From Octopus vulgaris (taxonomy: Eukaryota), in the NCBI GenBank assembly GCA_951406725.2, contig OX597816.1, forward strand, positions 47,926,001 through 47,990,000: DNA of 64,000 bases, given 5' to 3'. The translations under genes were made by a program, and so were the position numbers. The notes below the pieces were generated by a model. It ran no database searches. It saw only the letters and a list, made by a program, of their open reading frames with translations, and had not been told where the DNA came from. Below are positions 37,740-49,867 of the stretch, piece after piece (position 1 is the stretch's first letter; each line of letters starts with the position of its first letter).

Positions 37740-38130
37740 TAAGAGCAGTGAGCTGGCAGAAACATTAGCACACCGGACGAAATGCTTAGCGGTATTTTGT
37801 CTGCTGTTACGTTCTGAGTTCAAATTCTGCTGAGGTCGACTTTGCTCTTCATCTTTTCAGGGTCAATAAATTAAGTACCAGTTACTGTCTGTCCTTGTTT
37901 GTGCCCTCTATGTTTAGCCTCTTGTGGGCAATAAAGAAATAAGAAACGTTAGCATGCTGGGCAAAATGTTTAGTGGTATTTTACCTGTCTTTAACACTCT
38001 GAGTTCAAATTCTGTTGAGGTTAGCTTTGCCATTTATCCTTTCAGGGTCAATAAAATACTGGGGTAAAAGTAATCAACTTACCCCTCCCTCTTAAAATTG
38101 CTGGCTTTGTGCCAAAATGTGAAACCAACA
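37740..38130 (+). mobile_element. Dimeric family B SINE
   Basis: Two consecutive B units. The same arrangement occurs at 38520-38915. Confidence 0.8.
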
Positions 38131-38519
38131 TATTATACAGCCAAAAATTTTCTCAAATTAAACCATATTGTCTTAAAAAAAAGCATATGTTAGCTATTGT
38201 AGTTCTAGGTCAGGATGGTCATGCTTGGAACTCCTTTGATTATAGGTCTGTTTGATCAGAGCTGACTAAGTTGTAAACAGCAACAGCTACATTAGAGTAG
38301 TTCTAAATATACTGTTTTTCAAAAAAAAAAAAGGGATGGTCACAGCTGGAATGGATTTAGAGACACTTGTATCCTTGTTTATCACAGAAATTTGGCCAAA
38401 ATTTTTGTTTCTTTAAAAATTGTGTAATTAGAGTTTCTTTTAAATGTATTTGCATGTATTTTAGTTTCCAGTATATTTTTGTAGACAAGCTTTCTGTATC
38501 TTGATATTGCAGAGAGATT

Positions 38520-38915
38520 AAAGCAGCAAGATGGCAGAAACATTAGCACACTGGCTGAAATGCTTAGTGGTATTTAGTCTCCTGCTATGTTCTGAGTTCA
38601 AGTTCCGCCGAGGTCGACTTTCCCTTTCATCCTTTCGGGGTCGATTAAATAAGTACCAGTTACGCACTGGTATCGATATAATTAACTTAATCCTTTTTTC
38701 TGTCCTTTTTTGTCCTCTCTGTGTTTAGCCCCTTGTGGGTAGTAAAGAAATAGTATTTCATCTGTCTTTATATTCTCAGTTCAAATTCCACCAAGGTTGA
38801 CTTTACCTTCATCATTTTGGAGTCGATAAATGAAATACCAGGTGTGTACTGGGTCGATCTAATTGACTAGCCCGATCCCCCAAAATTTCAGGCCTTGTGC
38901 TTAGAGTAGAAAAGG
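38520..38915 (+). mobile_element. Dimeric family B SINE
   Basis: Full unit followed by a 5'-truncated unit. Confidence 0.8.
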
Positions 38916-39249
38916 ATGTGGCAAGACGATTATATTTTCAAAATACATTTTATGTCATCTAAAAATCTACAGCATGTTATTACTGGCCCCCAGCAAGGCA
39001 TTAATTCAGTATAGAGTCAAATGTTCATATGAAATGCATGACTATCTCATATTTGGTGACAGCTACAGAATAGCTGTGCAGTCAAGAAGTTTGTTTTGAG
39101 ATGAAGTAGTTTCAGGTTGCAGTTTTACTAATTGGTGTCTCGGCCCAAGTGTCTTCTACTGGGTGACCATGGCCTTGTGAGTGAAACTAGTCAGTAGGAT
39201 TGGAGTAGAAGCCCATTGTGCAGTCAACCTTTATCTTGTAAAAATATAT

Positions 39250-39650
39250 ACTCTTTTACGCTTTTACATGTTTCAGTCATTTGACTGCAACCATGCTGGA
39301 GCACTGCCTTTAGTCAAGCAAATGGAGCCCAGGACTTATTCGTTGTAAGCCTAGTACTTATTCTATCGGTATCTTTTGCCAAACCACTAAGTTACAGGGA
39401 TGTAAACACACCAGCTTCGGTTGTCAAGCGATGTTGGGGGGACAAACACAGACAAAAAAACACACATATATACATATACATATATACGATGGGCTTCTTT
39501 TCAGTTTCCCTCTGCCAAATCCACTAATAAGGCTTTGGTCGGCCCAAGGCTATAGTAGAAGACACTTGCCCAAGGTACCATGCAATGGGACTGAGCTCAG
39601 AACCATGTGGTTGGTAAGCAAGCTACTTACCACACAGCCACTCCTGTGCC
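39250..39650 (-). mobile_element. Family A SINE, full length
   Basis: Reverse head-to-tail match. Confidence 0.9.
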
Positions 39651-39665
39651 TTATATAAAACTTCT

Positions 39666-40132
39666 TAACTCTTAACCCATCAGCTGTTTCAGGATCCTTA
39701 GATTTATGTAATAATAGTAATGTTCATAATTTGTAGATGGAATGTGCAAAATATCTTGGGTATGCCTCTTGAGGAGAGAGAAAGAGGGAGAGTGAGAGAG
39801 GGCAAGAGAGAGGGAAAGAGAGAGAGAGAGAGAGAGTGAGAGAGAGAGGGGTAGTAATGCAGATAAACAGAATTAAGCTTCATATGCACACACACATACA
39901 GACACATATATAGATTGATACACCACAAGGACACATATATATATACAAATATTCAGAAATATGAACACATATACATATGATTACATATATACAAATATAT
40001 TTACATAGAGAATGAAAAATACAGAATACAAAGAAGAGAATACATAACTCTTAACCCAACAACTGTTTCAGGAAGCTCAGATAGTAATGCTCATAATTTG
40101 CTAAGGGAATGTACAAAACATCTTGGGTATGC
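39666..40132 (-). repeat. Diverged direct repeat pair, Penelope pseudo-LTR-like
   Basis: taactcttaaccca.ca.ctgtttcagga...tcttgggtatgc at ~39666-39766 and ~40045-40132. Confidence 0.55.
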
Positions 40133-40222
40133 AATGATTAAACAGTTACACTGAGATATTACCAGAAGTCTGGTTACCAAGAGAAAGTTGGCAAAATGGT
40201 GTATATAAATATATTTGTGTAT

Positions 40223-40416
40223 GCGTGGCTGTGTGGTAAGAAGCTTGCTTTCTTAGTCACATAGTTCCGAGTTCAGTCCTACAGTGGGGCATTGTGAGCA
40301 ATGTCTTCTACTATAGCCTCGGGCTGACCAAAGCCTTATGGGCGGATTGATTTGGTAGGTGGAAACTGAAAGAAGCCCATCATATGTATGTATGTATATA
40401 TACATACATATATATA

Positions 40417-40452
<36 letters not shown>

Positions 40453-40708
40453 TGTATGTATGTATGTATGTATGTATGTATGTATGTATGTATGCATGTA
40501 TGTATGTGTTTAAGTGTGTGGGTCAGTGTTTGTCCCCTCTGCCATTGCTTGTGAGTTTGTGTTCCTGTAAATTAGCATTTTAGCAAAAAAGACTGATAGA
40601 ATTATTACTAGGCTTACAAAGAATAAGTCCTGGGGTCGATTTCTATGACTAAAATCCTTTAAAGTGGTGAGCCAGCTTGGCCATAGTTAAATGACTGAAA
40701 CAAGAAAA
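40223..40708 (+). mobile_element. Family A SINE with expanded (TATG)n
   Basis: Head-to-tail match. Confidence 0.85.
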
Positions 40709-41404
40709 ATAATATATGTATATACTTATAGTAGTTGAAAAATATCATTATAGGTATAAATTATACCATAAACAATTATAGAAAAATGGAGGAGAGAAAG
40801 ATGTTGCATCAAAATTAGATTTAATGCAAAATAGAATTCAATACATACACACATTTCAAAGGACAAGGCAAATATGTAAGGAAAAATTATAATTATAGTA
40901 ATTATAATTAAATTTATGCATTGTCATTCTCATCAGTGTGAAGAATTTTTGGAAGGACATCAAAAAGGTTTAATAGAATAAATTAAAATAAGATACAATA
41001 AGGGAGAATACAAAAGGGGTAATAGGGAAAAATCAGATATTTACAAGCAAGTTGTAAAAGTGAAAAATTACAGAAATAATAATAGTGAGAGAGATGAAAG
41101 AGAAAAAAAGACAGACATATCAATGTGTATGCACGTCTATATGTGCAGTAAAATATAACATAAAAATAAGGATAAAAATCTAATGAATATGTTTAGGAAA
41201 ATGGTAACAGGTCGAGACAAAGTATAATATAAACAGGGCCATGTGTGTATAGTAGAATATAATGTAACAGGTGAATTAGCAGAAAAAAACCATAAAGAGT
41301 TATACATATACATATTAATATTGAAAAATGAATGCATCTCATTAGAAACAACATGGTCCCATTTTCTTCTTAAGAAAAAATATATTTTCATATAAATTAA
41401 ACAT

Positions 41405-41441
41405 TGTATCATGAATAGCAATTGCGAAACCGGTCGATACA
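41405..41441 (+). ncRNA. Minimal type I hammerhead ribozyme motif with A3-U8 core, GUC site
   Basis: tgtatc-ATGAATA-gcaattgc-GAAA-ccgg-TC-gataca. Stem I is a perfect 6 bp, and stems II and III are palindromic. Predicted cleavage after 41435. Confidence 0.7.
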
Positions 41442-41569
41442 TTAAAAATTATACTATAACCATGTAAGTGTGTGTATTTTCCGTTTTTATTTTATTTTTC
41501 ATATATACATTACAATCCACCACGTGGGGACAACCAAAATTCCTCTTTTCTGTTACTACTATATATAAA

Positions 41570-41750
41570 GCACCCACTACACTTATGGAGTGGTTGGCGA
41601 TAGGAAGGGCATCCAGCTGTAGAAACATTGCCAGATAAGACTGGAGCCTGGTGCAGCCTTCTGGCTTCCCAGATCCCCGGTCGAACCGTCCAACCCATGC
41701 TAGCATGGAGAACGGACGTTAAACGATGATGATGATGATGATGATGATGA
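41570..41750 (+). mobile_element. RTE-type short retroposon 3' part with (GAT)n tail
   Basis: ggagtggttggcgataggaagggcatccagc...aacccatgctagcatggagaacggacgttaaac(gat)n. Confidence 0.8.
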
Positions 41751-41789
41751 TATATATATATATATATACCGGAGTATATATAAAATAAA

Positions 41790-41831
<42 letters not shown>

Positions 41832-42129
41832 AAAACGAGGTTAAAAGTAATAGGCAAGGCTATGTTAGAAAAAAAGTTACAATATTTAAGTAAAAATGTA
41901 CATACAAGCAAAGAAAAAAACCTAAGAGGACTTAACAAGGAAAAAAACATTGATCTCAGACAAGACCGGCTGGTGTATTTGGGAGAGTTACTTGACTCAA
42001 AAACTAGCCCGGGAATAGAGAGACAATCAGAAAAAAAGTAGGAACAAAAATGAATATATGTATGAAGGAGAAAATTATTATAAATTTACAAGTGACAGAA
42101 AAAACATATACACTTAACATATAAGGATA

Positions 42130-42431
42130 AGATTATTATGTGTGGAGTGAAAGACCAACAAAACTTTTTCTAACACCAAAGATGAACCGAAGACAAGGAT
42201 TATGGCAGCATTCACCAACTTAAATAAGGAGACTGTCCAGAAGAATTCCAGGAGATTCTAAAGTTGTCTGGGGTCATGGTTGAAGCCAATGGCGATTTTA
42301 TTGAATAAATTTACTCTTTAGTATTTCAAGATATGTTTATGTAATTTCGGTAAATATATCTGTTAAAATGAGATGTCAGTGATATATTTGTTTTTGCATG
42401 ATTTAGATGACAATATATTCATCGCACCCTG
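42130..42431 (+). mobile_element. Tc1/mariner-superfamily 3' remnant (maT/DD37D-like)
   Basis: DYYVWS...NTKDEPKTRIMAAFTNLNKETVQK...VMVEANGDFIE*, then terminus catcgcaccctg-TA. Confidence 0.7.
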
Positions 42432-42565
42432 TATGTGTGCATGTGTGTGTGTGTGTGTGTGTATGTATGTACATATGTATGTATGTATATGTATGTATAT
42501 ATGTATGCATGCATGCATATATGTGTGTGTATATATATATATATGTGGATGTGTCAGTGTGTGTG

Positions 42566-42614
<49 letters not shown>

Positions 42615-42825
42615 ATGTGTCACTTGAAAAAAAAACAAAAATTGCTATCAAAGTTTACTGTCCATAATTTAGTGGAATAGCAAATAGAGATGGTTAAGAT
42701 TAATACCAGACATCAAACATAAACACTAGTGATAATATGATCAACTGAATCACTTTAGAGCAGTACTCAAACATGGCTCAGTCTGGTCATAATAAGGAAG
42801 TCACTGCACACTTGAAACGATAATG

Positions 42826-42898
<73 letters not shown>

Positions 42899-42974
42899 TA
42901 ATCCTTTCTACAATAAGCACAAGGCCTGAAATTTAGGGTGGGGAATAATTGATTACATTGACCCTAGTGCCTTG

Positions 42975-43476
42975 GTTCTTATGCCGTAAACACCAATATG
43001 AAGTAACAGAGAACTGGCATGAGCATGTACCAAGTAAAGTTATGCAGGAGGATGGAAAAGTAACAATACTCTGGGACTATGATTTTCAGACGGATCGTGT
43101 AATCAAACATCGTCGGCCGGATGTTGCCATATTAAATAAGAGAGACAAATAATGTCAGATCATTGATGTAGCCATACCAACTGATATGAATGTTGTGAGT
43201 AAAGGGGTTGAGAAAATCACCAAGTATTCCGACTTGATAGTGGAAATGGCAAGACTGTATGGAATGTGAGAGGGTAATGCAGAAGTGATACCAGTGGTGA
43301 TCGGAGCGTCTGAAGGCAACTGGAAATCCCATGCAAAATTGTTGTCTTGCAAAAAGTAACCTTACTGAGCACAGTGCACATCTTAAGGAAAGTATTATCT
43401 GTCCAAGGTCCTTGTTGTGACTTGACAGATGACTAAAAACTCCGGTGCATTTTTACCTACACTGTGTTACGAAGGA
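42975..43476 (+). mobile_element. R4/Dong-clade LINE 3' fragment (second family)
   Basis: WHEHVPSKV..ILWDYDFQTDRVIKHRRPDVAIL..CQIIDVAIP..EKITKYSDL, ending in an aataataat tail. Confidence 0.85.
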
Positions 43477-43484
43477 ATAATAAT

Positions 43485-43900
43485 AGTCTCTACTAAAGGT
43501 ACTAAGCCTGAAAATTTGTGGGAGTGCACTAGTTGATTACATAGTTGGTTCATTGGTACTACTTAATTTATTGATCTCAAAAGGATAAAAGGCAAAGTTC
43601 ACCTTGACAGACTTTTAACTCAGAGCATAAAGACAGATGAATACTGCTAAGCATTTTGTTCAGCATGCTTACGATTCTGCCAGCTCGCTGCCTTGCTTAT
43701 TAATAATAATCCTTTCTGGGGGAGGGTTATAGTAAAACATATTGACCCCAATACTTAGCTGGTACTTATTTTATTGACTCCCAAAAAGATGAAAAGTAAA
43801 GTTGACTTGGTGGAATTTGAACTCAGAATGTGAAGGCAGACGAAATACCGCTAAGCATTTCGCCCATCACGCTAACAATTCTGCTAGCTTGCCACCTTAA
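43485..43900 (-). mobile_element. Two family B SINEs
   Basis: Reverse motifs at ~43485-43695 and ~43715-43900. Confidence 0.75.
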
Positions 43901-44014
43901 TATTATTACTAATAATAACAATAGATTAATAAATAAATAAATAGATAAATAAATAAATAGAGAGAGAGAATTAAAAATAACTTTTAATTGATATAGACCT
44001 AGAAATATAATTTG

Positions 44015-44530
44015 AGACAAAAAAATATTCTAAAATTTATATAATGAGCATTAAATAAATATATATTTATTATATGGTTATTGTGGGAAAAGGAAATAAG
44101 CAAATGGAATATTTTCAAGATAAAAGAGTATTTTCAAATAAAAGCCAAACATTTAACATTAAACAAAATTCAAAAAGCTAATTTAAATTCTTTTACACGA
44201 GCGTTTGATCTGAAAATGCGCTTTCTTTCTTTGTTAGATTTCTCGAAGTATTTCCTAATGTTGCTTTGTTTTGCTGACTTCTGCTTAGTAGTGATCAATG
44301 CATTTTAAAGCATATGCACATGCATAATTTGTTACATAGAGAAACTTGGCTTCTGTTCAGAATAAGAAAGAAAGGTATCCATGCACGAATGAGCTTTAGG
44401 CCAAAGATAGTTTCACAGTTGTTTCGTTTCTAATTTTCGTGTTTAGTCAGAACAGGTTGTTGAAGGCTTGATTCTCTGAAACTTACAGCATGGTCAAATA
44501 ATCTCTTGATTACTGTCTCAACATGTTATC
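44015..44530 (-). pseudogene. Tigger/pogo (Jerky-like) transposase 3' end and 3' flank, copy A
   Basis: Homologous to 46900-47460. Minus strand reads TTKQKSAKQSNIRKYFEK. Confidence 0.65.
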
Positions 44531-44547
44531 TTTCTTGATGGGAATTA

Positions 44548-44588
<41 letters not shown>

Positions 44589-44714
44589 TGCTTGTTTGAT
44601 TTGACAAATGAACAGCACGTTCATTAACTACATGAACAAACATTTCATGAATTTGGTGGCAGTTTGGCAAAGTTGTTTGAGTGTTCATCATCATCATCAT
44701 CTTCAATGTTCTCC

Positions 44715-45170
44715 CCTTCTTCTTCTTCTTCTTCTTCTTCTTCTTCTTCTTCTTCTTCTTCTTCTTCTTCCTCTTCCTCTTCCTCCTCCTCCTCCTCCTC
44801 CTCCTCCTCTACTTCTTCCCCTTCTTATTCTCCAACCTCTTCTTATTCCCCCTCCCCCTCTTCCTCCTCTTGTTTTTCTTATTCCCCTCTCTTCTTCTTC
44901 TTCTTCCTCTTCCTCCTCTTGTTTTTCTTATTCACCCCTCTTCTTCTTCTTCTTCTTCTTCTTCCTCCTCCTCCTGCTGTTCCTCCTCATATATCATCAA
45001 TATCCCCTTCCTCTCCTTCATCATCAACATCCTTGTTATCATCCTCAACATCACCACCACCATTATCACCATTACCACCACCACTGCACTCCCCTACCTT
45101 CACCATCATCACCACCAACATCATCATCACCATCATCATCATCTTCATTAATATCATCATCATTACCATC
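44715..45170. repeat. (TTC)n/(TCC)n/(CAT)n compound microsatellite
   Basis: Direct inspection. Confidence 0.95.
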
Positions 45171-45834
45171 TTAACATCCACTTTTCCATACTTGCAAAGT
45201 TGACCTCAGTGGAATTTGAACTCAAAACGTAATGGCAGACGAAATACCACTAAGCATATCACCTGACATGTTAATGATTCTGCCAGCTTACTGCCCTTCA
45301 ATATTATTAGGAATTGTATAAAAAAAAAATTGTTAAAATATTTTGTGAATCTTGTGTATTGTACATAAACTTTAACAACAAAATCTTATATGGACCCTCA
45401 AGGGTCATATAGACCCTAGTTGAGAGCTACTGAACTAGAATCAATAAACTAGCCTAATAATGGTTTCAAATTTTGGTACAAGACCAGCAAATTTTAGGAG
45501 AGACTGTTAGTCAATTAGATTGAACCCCTAAACTAGACAGGTACTTTATTTTATCAATCCTGAAGGAGTTGAGAATATGAAGTTGACCTCAACAGGATTT
45601 GAAGAAAGAGTGTAAAGGACTAAAAAAAAAACAAATGCAGTTAAGCATTTTGTCCGATGCTTTAATGATACTTCCAGCTCACTGTCATCATAAACTTCCC
45701 TAATAATAGCAACCTTGTTGTTAATTAGCCCAAAATCAGCCTAGTTGAACAGACTTATGACAAAGGGCATTCCAACCATGCCCGCTCTGTCTTTTACCTA
45801 TGTGCAAGGAACACAGGCTGTCATTCCTTATTTT

Positions 45835-46053
45835 GGAATTTCAACCGTGTTTTTGTGGTCTGTTACCACAACAGCTCCTTTATAGGATCTAGTTAGCTCA
45901 AGACATCATCAGAAGGAACCACGTCCGGTTTCGGCCCCTACTCCTCTACCGTTTTGATGTGGTGGGCCCCACCCTTTCGGAGGTGTCTTCAGCTCTGGTG
46001 TTGGGTGCATGTTTTCTTTCTTCTTCTTTCTTCTGTTCCCTGGTCTCTTCGAT
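45835..46053 (-). mobile_element. Structured dispersed repeat with two CUGAnGA cores (Penelope pseudo-LTR-like)
   Basis: Reverse complement of 56810-57043. Minus strand has CTGAAGA (45992-86), GAAA (45932-29) and CTGATGA (45912-06). Confidence 0.65.
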
Positions 46054-48086
46054 GTTGTGTCAATGAGTGTCAGCAAGCGACTAACTGTCTCGTCAAATTT
46101 TTTCCCTGTAAATGCACATATATTACTTTTTACCGCTAGGGCAGACTTTGCCTTTCATCCTTTCGGGGTCGATAGATTAATTACCAGTTGGTGTACTGGA
46201 GTTGATCTAATTGACTGGCCCCACTACACAAAAATTTCGGGCCTTATGCCTGGAGTACAAAAGAATATATTACTCTTTAACATGTTGCAGTGTGAGCTAA
46301 TAAAAGTTAGGTTGCTGTTTTTAGCTGATTGAAGAACCATATAAAGATTCCTTCATTGGTTTGAGTAACTTCAGGGATGTGAAATACTATTATTATGAAT
46401 TTTTCTGTTGTCGAGGGAGTGGCTGTGTGGTAAGAAGTTTGCTTCTCAACCACATGGCTCTGGGTTAAGAAGCAGTGATACAATATAAAGAATACTATTT
46501 TATGAACTGCTTAATATAAAAAGTGCAGCCAGTCAATGCTTGCAAGTGAGAATAACTCAGTAATGTGTACCATGTTTCTATTAATTGTTTTAGATGCTCT
46601 GAAGTTATATGTAGACATAGACATTCTCTTGGCTCCTCACCTATGACCCAGTGGCACATTCAGAATGAGAGAGCTGGTGCAAGAGAGTACCACACAAATG
46701 CCTGGTTAGTACTCATTTACAATTGAGTAAATGAGTAAGGTGAGTAATAAGAATAATGTGAAATGAGGTTCTCTTGATTGAGGAACTAAAGCATTGACTT
46801 TATGATTATTAGCTGAACACCCTAACTCCCAGGCCATGTGCTTTCACAACTACTAAATATTCAACAAGCAAACTGGGAAGAAAAATAAAATCAAACATTG
46901 TAAAATTTTATTTAAAAAAGAAAAAGGCATTTTGAAAATAAAACTAAAATTCTAGATCTCACAGCAGAAGTGTTATATAATGAATATATGTTTATTATAT
47001 GGTAATTGCACAATAAGGAAATAAGCAAATCAAATATTTTAAAGATAAAAGAGTATTTCCAAATAGAAACAAAACATTTTTACTTCAACAAATTTCAAGA
47101 AGCTAATTTAAATTCTCCAGCATGACTGTTTGATCTGTAAATGTACTTTCTTTCTTCAATGGATTTTTTAAAGAATTTTCTAATGTTGTTTTGTTTCACT
47201 GATTTCTGTTTTGTAGTGATTGGTGCATTTTAAGCATGTGCACTTGCATAATTTGCTGCATAGAGAAACTTGGATAGCGTTCAAAATGAAAAAAAAAAAT
47301 AAATAAAGGAAAATATTAATGCACAACTGAGCCATTGACCAAATTATCTTTACAATTGTTTCATTTCTATCGTCATCTTTGTTCAAAACAGATTTAAAAA
47401 AAAAACATTTGCTGAATCTTGATTTTAGGATTAACCACACTGTCAATAATCTCCTGGTATGAAAAGCTATGGGTTAATTCAATATCAATGTTAATTGCTA
47501 TTTCATTGATACCTTTACCCCACATGATAATAAAATATATTTTCTATGGATGTTTCTACAGTCTGTATTATTTCTTTTGTGTTCTGCTGAGCATAAAATT
47601 CAGCAAAAGCCACTTCATCTTCAACATCAGAAATTGAATTGCTCAGCATTTAAAATAAACCAAAATTTTAGCAATGTTCCCAGAAGAGTAATAGGTTTTA
47701 ACAGAAGTCCATATAAAACCAGATAACTTTTAAATTGACTATAACAATCAGGGACAGGAATTTTGATGCAGATTAACTATTTCATAAAATCATTTCTATA
47801 GTGACATTTAAAATTATGGATAAAACCCCCAGACCATCAGTTTAATAACAAAAGTGAAATTGAGTTGTAAATAACAAGAAACATTTCCATAATCCCAAAT
47901 TAACTTAAATTCAAGGCGAGGAACTCAGTGGTTACCAAAGTGAAAGACACATTCAATATTTAACCTTTTAGCATTTAAACAAACCATGTCTGGCCAAAAT
48001 TAATCTACCTGTTTTATCATCAAACTGGCCAGGTCTGGCCTATCACACTTAGCCTACAATGTTTTTCTAAAAGTAAACAATCCTAC

Positions 48087-48465
48087 TTGCAGGTATAGCT
48101 GTGTGGTACAAAGCTTGCTTCCCAACTTACATGGTTCTGGGCTGATCCCACTGTATGGCCCCTTGGGCAAGTGTCTTCTACTATAGCTTCAGGCTGACCA
48201 AAGCCTCGGGAGTGGATTTGGTAGACAAAAACTGAGAGAAGCCTGCTATATATATATATATATATGTATATATTTTTGTGTGTTTGTGCTTATACCCCCA
48301 CCATCGTTTGGCAATCGATGCTGGTGTGTTTACATCCCCATAACTTAATGGTTCAGCAAAAGAGACTGATAGAATAAGTACTAAGCTTACAAAGAATAAG
48401 TCCTGAAAGTGGTGCTCCAGCATGGTCACAGTCAAATGACTGAAACAAGTAAATGAATAAAAGAA
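48087..48465 (+). mobile_element. Family A SINE
   Basis: Head-to-tail match with a small deletion. Confidence 0.85.
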
Positions 48466-48516
48466 TGTCACTGAAATCTCAAATCTACAAAGCAATGCAT
48501 GACAAATTCATATCAA

Positions 48517-48957
48517 TTCTTTTATTCTTTTATTCGTTTCAGTCATTTGACTGTGGCCATGCTGGAGCACCACCTTTAGTTGAGCAAATTGACCCCAGGA
48601 ATTATTTTTTGTAAGCCTAGTACTTATTTTATCGGTCCCTTTGCTGAACCGCTAAGTGACGGGGATGTAAACAGCATCGGTTGTCAAGTGATTTGGGGGG
48701 AACAAACACAGACACACAAACATATATACACACACATACATACAAACACACACACACGCACACACACACATATATATATACACGTACATATATATGACGA
48801 GCTTCTTTCAGTTTCCGTCTACCAAATTCACTCACAAGGCTTTGGTCAGCCCAAGGCTATAGTAGAAGACACTTGCCCAAGGTGCCACGCAGTGGGACAG
48901 AACCCGGAACCATGTGGTTGGTAAGCAAGCTACTTACCACACAACCACTCCTGCACC
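48517..48957 (-). mobile_element. Family A SINE
   Basis: Reverse head-to-tail match. Confidence 0.9.
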
Positions 48958-49138
48958 AATGTGTATAAATAAATATTACGTTTCATAGAGTAATCTGAAT
49001 TTTAAAAGGTTAAAGGTTTATCTATATTACTTAAATCAAACTACTGATGCTAATCTGTGTGTAAACCAATCTTTATAAGGTTCTTTACCCATCCTTATAT
49101 CTTTTAACCTCACAAGAAACTGATATATGCAATACAAA

Positions 49139-49867
49139 CAGTGGTTGTCAACCAGGATCCATATGGCCCCTGAGGGATCGTATTTGATTTTTGAGCACAG
49201 CAAAATAGCAAACTGGGGATCCCCAATAATATTTTGAGGGCCCCTAAAAAAATTTTGCTCTTGATGTGTGTGCTGGTATGTACTGCAAGAAACAGCTTCA
49301 TTTCTTCCTCTAACATTTTACATGGTTCAACCTACATAAGTTAATACTCTTTTACTCTTTTATTTGTTTCAGCCATTTGAGTGTGGCCTTGCTGGGGCAC
49401 CGCCTTTAGTCAAGCAAATCGACCCCATGACTTATTCTTTGTAAGCCTAGTACTTATTCTAATGGTCGCTTTTGCTGAACCGCTAAGTTACAGGGATGTA
49501 AACGCACCAGCATCGGTTGTCAAGCGATGTTGGGGGGACAAACACAGACACACAAACATATGCATATATACGATGGGCTTCTTTCAGTTTCTGTCTACCA
49601 AATCCACTTACAAGGCTTTGGTCGGCTTGAGGCTATAGTAGAAGACACTTGTCCAAGGTGCCACACAGTGGGGCTGAAACCGGAACCATGTGGTTCATAA
49701 GCAAGCTACTTACCTCACAGCCACTCCTGTGTGAGATACAAAATAGGAATTTTGAAAGAAGTGTCTATAAAACTAGTCGATAAACACAGAATGGTTATGG
49801 GGGCCCACCAGAATAAAACAATAATCAAAGGGATCCACAGATAAAAAAAAATTGCTGAGAAACCCTG
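49139..49867. mobile_element. hAT-type MITE containing a family A SINE (49346-49730, -)
   Basis: Termini cagtggttgtcaacc / gctgagaaaccctg with subterminal ggatcca. The TSD is not preserved. Confidence 0.65.

Larger units (their letters stand above)
47964..49009. mobile_element. piggyBac-type MITE containing two family A SINEs
   Basis: TTAA at 47960-63 and 49010-13; TIR ccttttagcatt / aattttaaaagg. Tigger sequence continues on both sides. Confidence 0.75.
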
